DNA of 64,000 nucleotides from Candidatus Oxydemutatoraceae bacterium (GTDB lineage Bacteria; Pseudomonadota; Gammaproteobacteria; Poriferisulfidales; Oxydemutatoraceae): NCBI GenBank assembly GCA_965218975.1, contig OZ244717.1, positions 1,344,001 to 1,408,000 of the forward strand, read 5' to 3'. Shown piece by piece: positions 61,182 to 64,000 of this stretch (position 1 is its first letter; each line of letters starts with the position of its first letter). The notes under the pieces were generated by a model. It saw only the letters and a program-made list of their open reading frames with translations, ran no database searches and was not told where the DNA came from. The position numbers and the translations under genes were made by a program.

Positions 61182-62266
61182 TAATCTTTCTCCAATCCGG
61201 CTAATTGTTCGGCTTGTTGCTCACTGGTCAAGGAGCCGATAATGATGTCCATATCTCCTTCCATTAGTTTCGGTAAACTATACAGAGTGAGTTCGATACG
61301 ATGATCAGTTACACGTCCTTGTGGAAAATTATACGTACGAATACGTTCCGAACGATCTCCCGACCCAACCAAGCTTTTACGAGCTGCCGCCTGCTCTTTA
61401 TTTTGTCGTTGCTGTTCCATATCCATTAAACGTGCTTGTAACAAGGCAAGGGCGCGTACCTTATTGCGATGTTGTGAACGACCCTCCTGACATTCGACTG
61501 CAATACCGGTAGGCAAATGCGTAATGCGGATTGCCGAATCGGTTTTGTTGACATGTTGACCGCCGGCGCCGGATGCGCGAAATGTATCGATACGAAGTTC
61601 GGCCGGGTCCATTTTAATTTCATCAATTTCATCGGCTTCAGGTAATATAGCGACTGTTGCTGCCGAAGTATGAATTCGCCCCTGTGATTCGGTTTCAGGA
61701 ACTCTTTGCACGCGATGCGTGCCCGATTCAAACTTCAGACGCGAATAAGCACCTTTGCCTACAATACGCGAGATAATTTCTTTGTACCCACCATGTTCGC
61801 CTTCATGGGCGCTAATCATTTCAACTTTCCAGTTTTTATTCTGTGCATAACGTAGGTACATGCGAAATAGCTCGCCGGCAAAAATTGCCGCTTCATCACC
61901 GCCTGTTCCTGCCCGGATTTCAAGAAAAATGTTACTATCATCATGCGGGTCAACCGGAATCAGCAATCGTTTGATATCCTCTTCAATTTCATTTGCGATC
62001 TTTTTCAACTGAATTATTTCTTCCTGCGCCAGACTTTTAATTTCAACGTCAGGGTCGTTTTGCATTTTTTTAATGTTCTTTAAATCCTCTTGATTACTGC
62101 AATATCGCCCAAAGGATTCAACAATCTTTTGCAGCTGCGCGCGTTCACGTCCTAATCCGCGCATTTTCGCTTGATCTTTGGTAGTTTTCGGTAGCGCAAG
62201 CAATTGATTAATTTCATCGAAACGTGTGCACGTTGCTTCCAATTTTTTGGTTAAAGAGGGTTTCAT
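61181..62266 (-). CDS. prfA: Peptide chain release factor 1
   Basis: [17 protein letters not shown] (PxT) and GAGGQHVN. Confidence 0.97.
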
Positions 62267-63510
62267 TGTTCCAGAAACCGCTCGATTATTTGCAGGATAG
62301 AATAATCTTTCGCCGCAGCATCTTTGAGTAACTGCGTTGGTTTATGGGTCAAACGATTCGTTAACGTTGTGGCAAGAAATCTCAATACTTCTTCCGCATC
62401 TTTGCCGTTACGTAATTGTTTTAGAGCTTGTTCCAAGCTTTCTTTCTTTGTAAGATCAGCCTCGTTTCTGAGTCGGTTAATCATATCAATCGCGCGATTT
62501 GAATCGATCCATTCAAAATATTTGTCCGTCTTTGATCGGATAATCACTTCGGCTTGTGCAACAGCGTCAAAACGTAAATCACGATTGCGGTCAGCTATAT
62601 GCGCCAATGTCTCTAAAGTATACAAGTATGCATCTTCCAAGTCGCCGATATTACTTTCAATATCGTGCGGCAGGGCTAAATCAATCAAATACATGGGCCT
62701 GTGTTTGCGTTCCTTGAGCGCTTGTTCAATCGCCGTTCTGCGGATGATCAGCGATTCACTGGCGGTTGCGCTGACGATAATATCAAAGCTACTCAAATGT
62801 TTATTGATTTGACTAAGCGGCAAAGTTGCGCCTTGAAATTTAATTCCCAGCTCACGCATTCGTTCGGGCGAGCGGCCGCTGATAGTGATATGCTTTAGGT
62901 GGTTGTCCTTAAAGTGTTTGGCAGTCAACCGAATTATTTCTCCGGTGCCAACTAATAGCGCGTACTTATTTTCCAGGCTCTCAAATATTTTCTTTGACAT
63001 TTTGACTGCCACTGATGCAAACGAAATCGGATGATTGGCAATTTCAGTAGTGCTGCGTACTTGTTTCGCGACGGATAAAGCGTTTTCGAATAAACGTGTT
63101 AAATGTTTGTTGACTGTGCCTGCTATTTGCGCTGTTTGATAAGCTCCTTTGACTTGTCCGAGAATTTGAGATTCGCCCACGATCATTGATTCGATGCCGG
63201 AAGCAACACGCATCAAATGTTGCACGGTATCTTCGTCAACGAATACAACAGCATGTTTTTTAAAAGTTTCCGAAGAGATTCCGGAGAAATGAACGAACCA
63301 TTCAATGAGTGACGAAATATGTTCTTTCGTTTGAATATCAGCATAAATTTCACAGCGGTTGCAAGTAGTTAAAATTACTGCGGCATTTACCGCCGACAGA
63401 TGCAGCAGTGCATTTAAAGTCGCGTCAATTTTATGCGTGGGAATGATCACTTTTCCTAATACTTCGAGGGGAGTATTTTTGTGGTTGAAACCGACTGCGA
63501 TCAGTGCCAT
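62263..63510 (-). CDS. hemA: Glutamyl-tRNA reductase
   Basis: [18 protein letters not shown] and DLA.P.DI. Confidence 0.96.
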   Translation of the reverse strand: MALIAVGFNHKNTPLEVLGKVIIPTHKIDATLNALLHLSAVNAAVILTTCNRCEIYADIQTKEHISSLIEWFVHFSGISSETFKKHAVVFVDEDTVQHLMRVASGIESMIVGESQILGQVKGAYQTAQIAGTVNKHLTRLFENALSVAKQVRSTTEIANHPISFASVAVKMSKKIFESLENKYALLVGTGEIIRLTAKHFKDNHLKHITISGRSPERMRELGIKFQGATLPLSQINKHLSSFDIIVSATASESLIIRRTAIEQALKERKHRPMYLIDLALPHDIESNIGDLEDAYLYTLETLAHIADRNRDLRFDAVAQAEVIIRSKTDKYFEWIDSNRAIDMINRLRNEADLTKKESLEQALKQLRNGKDAEEVLRFLATTLTNRLTHKPTQLLKDAAAKDYSILQIIERFLEQ

Positions 63511-64000
63511 TTTAAGTTTTCTGATTTAGTAGCGACATGTTTGCGGCGATTTTGCTCTTAAAACAAATATCGAGGTCTACAAGAGTCTGTGGCTGTTGAA
63601 GGAGTGTTACTTTTCCCTTTCTGTCGCTATTCCCATAAAAACGAGAGTCCGTACGCGTTGATGGTTGCACTTTGGCGGCAAAAATACGAAATGGGGCAGT
63701 ATTGTACGGACAAGCCCTTTTAGGACAAGCTTTTTTATGTGGTTGTGGTGCTATAATCATTAGCCACCATAATTTTGATATGCGTTTGACTGTCGTTAAT
63801 AATTTATTCAATTGGTTTTTTGCTCTAATTTTAATGAGCTCTTTAATCATGACGCGTACCGACAATTGGCTGTGAAAATTTTTACTATACCTCCTATTTT
63901 ATCTTCAATCGGTCTCATCTTTGGAATTAACCTTAGTATTGTTTTGAGCATAGTTCTTGCGGCATGCACGACGACTGCACAGTGGCAAACACAAGAATAT

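Noticed and set aside
63512-63875. ORFs upstream of hemA (117 aa on -, 67 aa on +)
   Set aside because: They have non-ATG starts, no recognisable motif and overlap each other, so this is most likely intergenic DNA.

Overview
This 64-kb window looks like a gammaproteobacterial chromosome segment. The evidence is the gene sets rne-rluC-sppA-maf, mreBCD, gatCAB and hemA-prfA-prmC, and the taxonomy is my inference. Host association is likely. From left to right it holds a tRNA-Ser(GGA), a two-subunit NAD-linked formate dehydrogenase, a pterin dehydratase and a sulfotransferase. A 12.6-kb partial type III secretion (T3SS) cluster follows: a Bsp22-like filament/tip protein, two SycD-type chaperones, an SctE translocator, CesT- and YscE-type chaperones, the SctC secretin, a frameshifted SopB/IpgD-type phosphoinositide phosphatase and two uncharacterised effector candidates. 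Next is a 17.7-kb gene for a 5899-aa GlyGly-CTERM surface protein with FN3, inserted beta-propeller, Calx-beta and cadherin-like repeats. It is flanked by IS1634 and IS481 debris, and an orphan sctD lies beyond it. The rest is mostly housekeeping genes interrupted by IS481 relics. A dispersed and tandem ~98-bp palindromic repeat with CsrA/RsmE-consensus hairpins recurs inside those relics. All family calls come from motif recognition by eye; no database searches were run.
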